DNA of 16,630 nucleotides from an uncultured bacterium (GTDB lineage: Bacteria > T1Sed10-126): NCBI GenBank assembly GCA_964566495.1, contig CAZMIT010000031.1, forward strand, positions 1-16,630. Reading direction: 5' to 3'. Under the pieces are notes generated by a model. That model had not been told where the DNA came from. It did no database searches and was given only the letters and a program-made list of their open reading frames with translations. Made by a program: the position numbers and the translations under genes. This document shows, piece after piece, positions 15,767-16,630 of the stretch (positions within the stretch are counted from its first letter, which is position 1; every line of letters starts with the position of its first letter).

Positions 15767-16630
15767 CTAAGCCAACAACTGTAATGCCAGTTGAGGCTGC
15801 TGATTAGCCTGGGCAAGCACGGAAGTACCGGCCTGCATCAGGATGTCGGATTGAGTCCGTCGGACGGACTCTTCCGCCAAATCAGCGTCACGAATTCTGC
15901 TTTCAGAAGCCTGCGTGTTCTCCTGCTGAAGTTGCAGGAAGTCAATAGTAGACTCAACGCGGTTCTGAACAGCACCAATTCGGGCTCGTGACTCTGAGAC
16001 CATGTCGATGGCCTCGGTGATCCGCTGAATTGCAGATTCAGCCATTTCACGAGAATAATGGCCCTCATCAGCACTAACCCTGTAAAGGCTAATGGTGCGA
16101 TACATATCATCAGGGCCCTGATCGTCCTCAAGATCACCACCAGGGTACTCAATAATCTCGTCAAAATCCTCGTCGAGACGAAGACCGAGCGAAACCGATG
16201 TCATGGTGCGCAGGTCTTCGGTGGTAATCTCTAACACTTCGTCACGGTTAGCACCAACATGGAAAACTAACGAGCCCGCACCGTCTCTGGTTTCACCAGC
16301 TGCGTCGACAGTTCCAAAGTCGTTCTTGAGAAGCTGTCGCTGGTTGAATTGCACGCTCGAGGCGCTGCGGTCGATCTCCTCGACCAGTTGTTCAACCTCA
16401 GTCTGGATCAACTTCCGATCGTCCCAGGTCAGGCTGTCATTCGACGCTTGCACGGCCAGTTCGCGCATCCGCTGAAGGTTTTGGCCAATAGTTTCAAGAC
16501 CACCCTCAGCAGTCTGCAGAACTGAAATAGCGTCCTGGGCGTTTCTCTCCGCCTGGTCGAGGCCGCGGTCCGCCATTCGCAGTCGTTCCGAAATAGCAAG
16601 ACCGGCAGCATCGTCCGAGGCGGTGTTAAT
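15767..16630 (-). CDS. fliC: Flagellin (5'-truncated by the window edge)
   Basis: The frame is open to the window end and reads INTASDDAAGLAISERLR; also NAQDAIS.LQTAEG, LQRMRELAVQ, RARIGAVQNR, ESRIRDAD and QANQQPQLALQLL. Confidence 0.98.
   Translation of the reverse strand: MNTASDDAAGLAISERLRMADRGLDQAERNAQDAISVLQTAEGGLETIGQNLQRMRELAVQASNDSLTWDDRKLIQTEVEQLVEEIDRSASSVQFNQRQLLKNDFGTVDAAGETRDGAGSLVFHVGANRDEVLEITTEDLRTMTSVSLGLRLDEDFDEIIEYPGGDLEDDQGPDDMYRTISLYRVSADEGHYSREMAESAIQRITEAIDMVSESRARIGAVQNRVESTIDFLQLQQENTQASESRIRDADLAEESVRRTQSDILMQAGTSVLAQANQQPQLALQLLA

Overview
Bacterial chromosomal window, probably from a flagellated diderm with acid-rich proteins (taxon not determinable from sequence alone). 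Left end: 5'-truncated ExeA/GspA-type AAA ATPase with a peptidoglycan-binding domain, then a very short ExeB-like membrane protein. Directly after them is a 28-bp XerC/XerD dif-type site (minus strand, 1758-1785) whose XerD half is duplicated in inverted orientation to form a perfect 22-bp-arm palindrome. Next come an APH/choline-kinase-like phosphotransferase, an intergenic mosaic of REP-like palindromes, a Thr-nucleophile sulfatase-like protein, a LysM-M23 peptidase and an Fmt-like formyltransferase. The right half is all minus strand: flagellin (5'-truncated), an argS-GT9-Maf/DUF115 coupled gene run, and, behind a near-consensus sigma70 promoter, a four-gene unit of CBS-pair/PAS-like/Fis-HTH regulator, two apparently degenerate GGDEF-like proteins and rho. 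The best leads are that unit upstream of rho and the dif palindrome. All family assignments come from motif recognition by eye; no searches were run.
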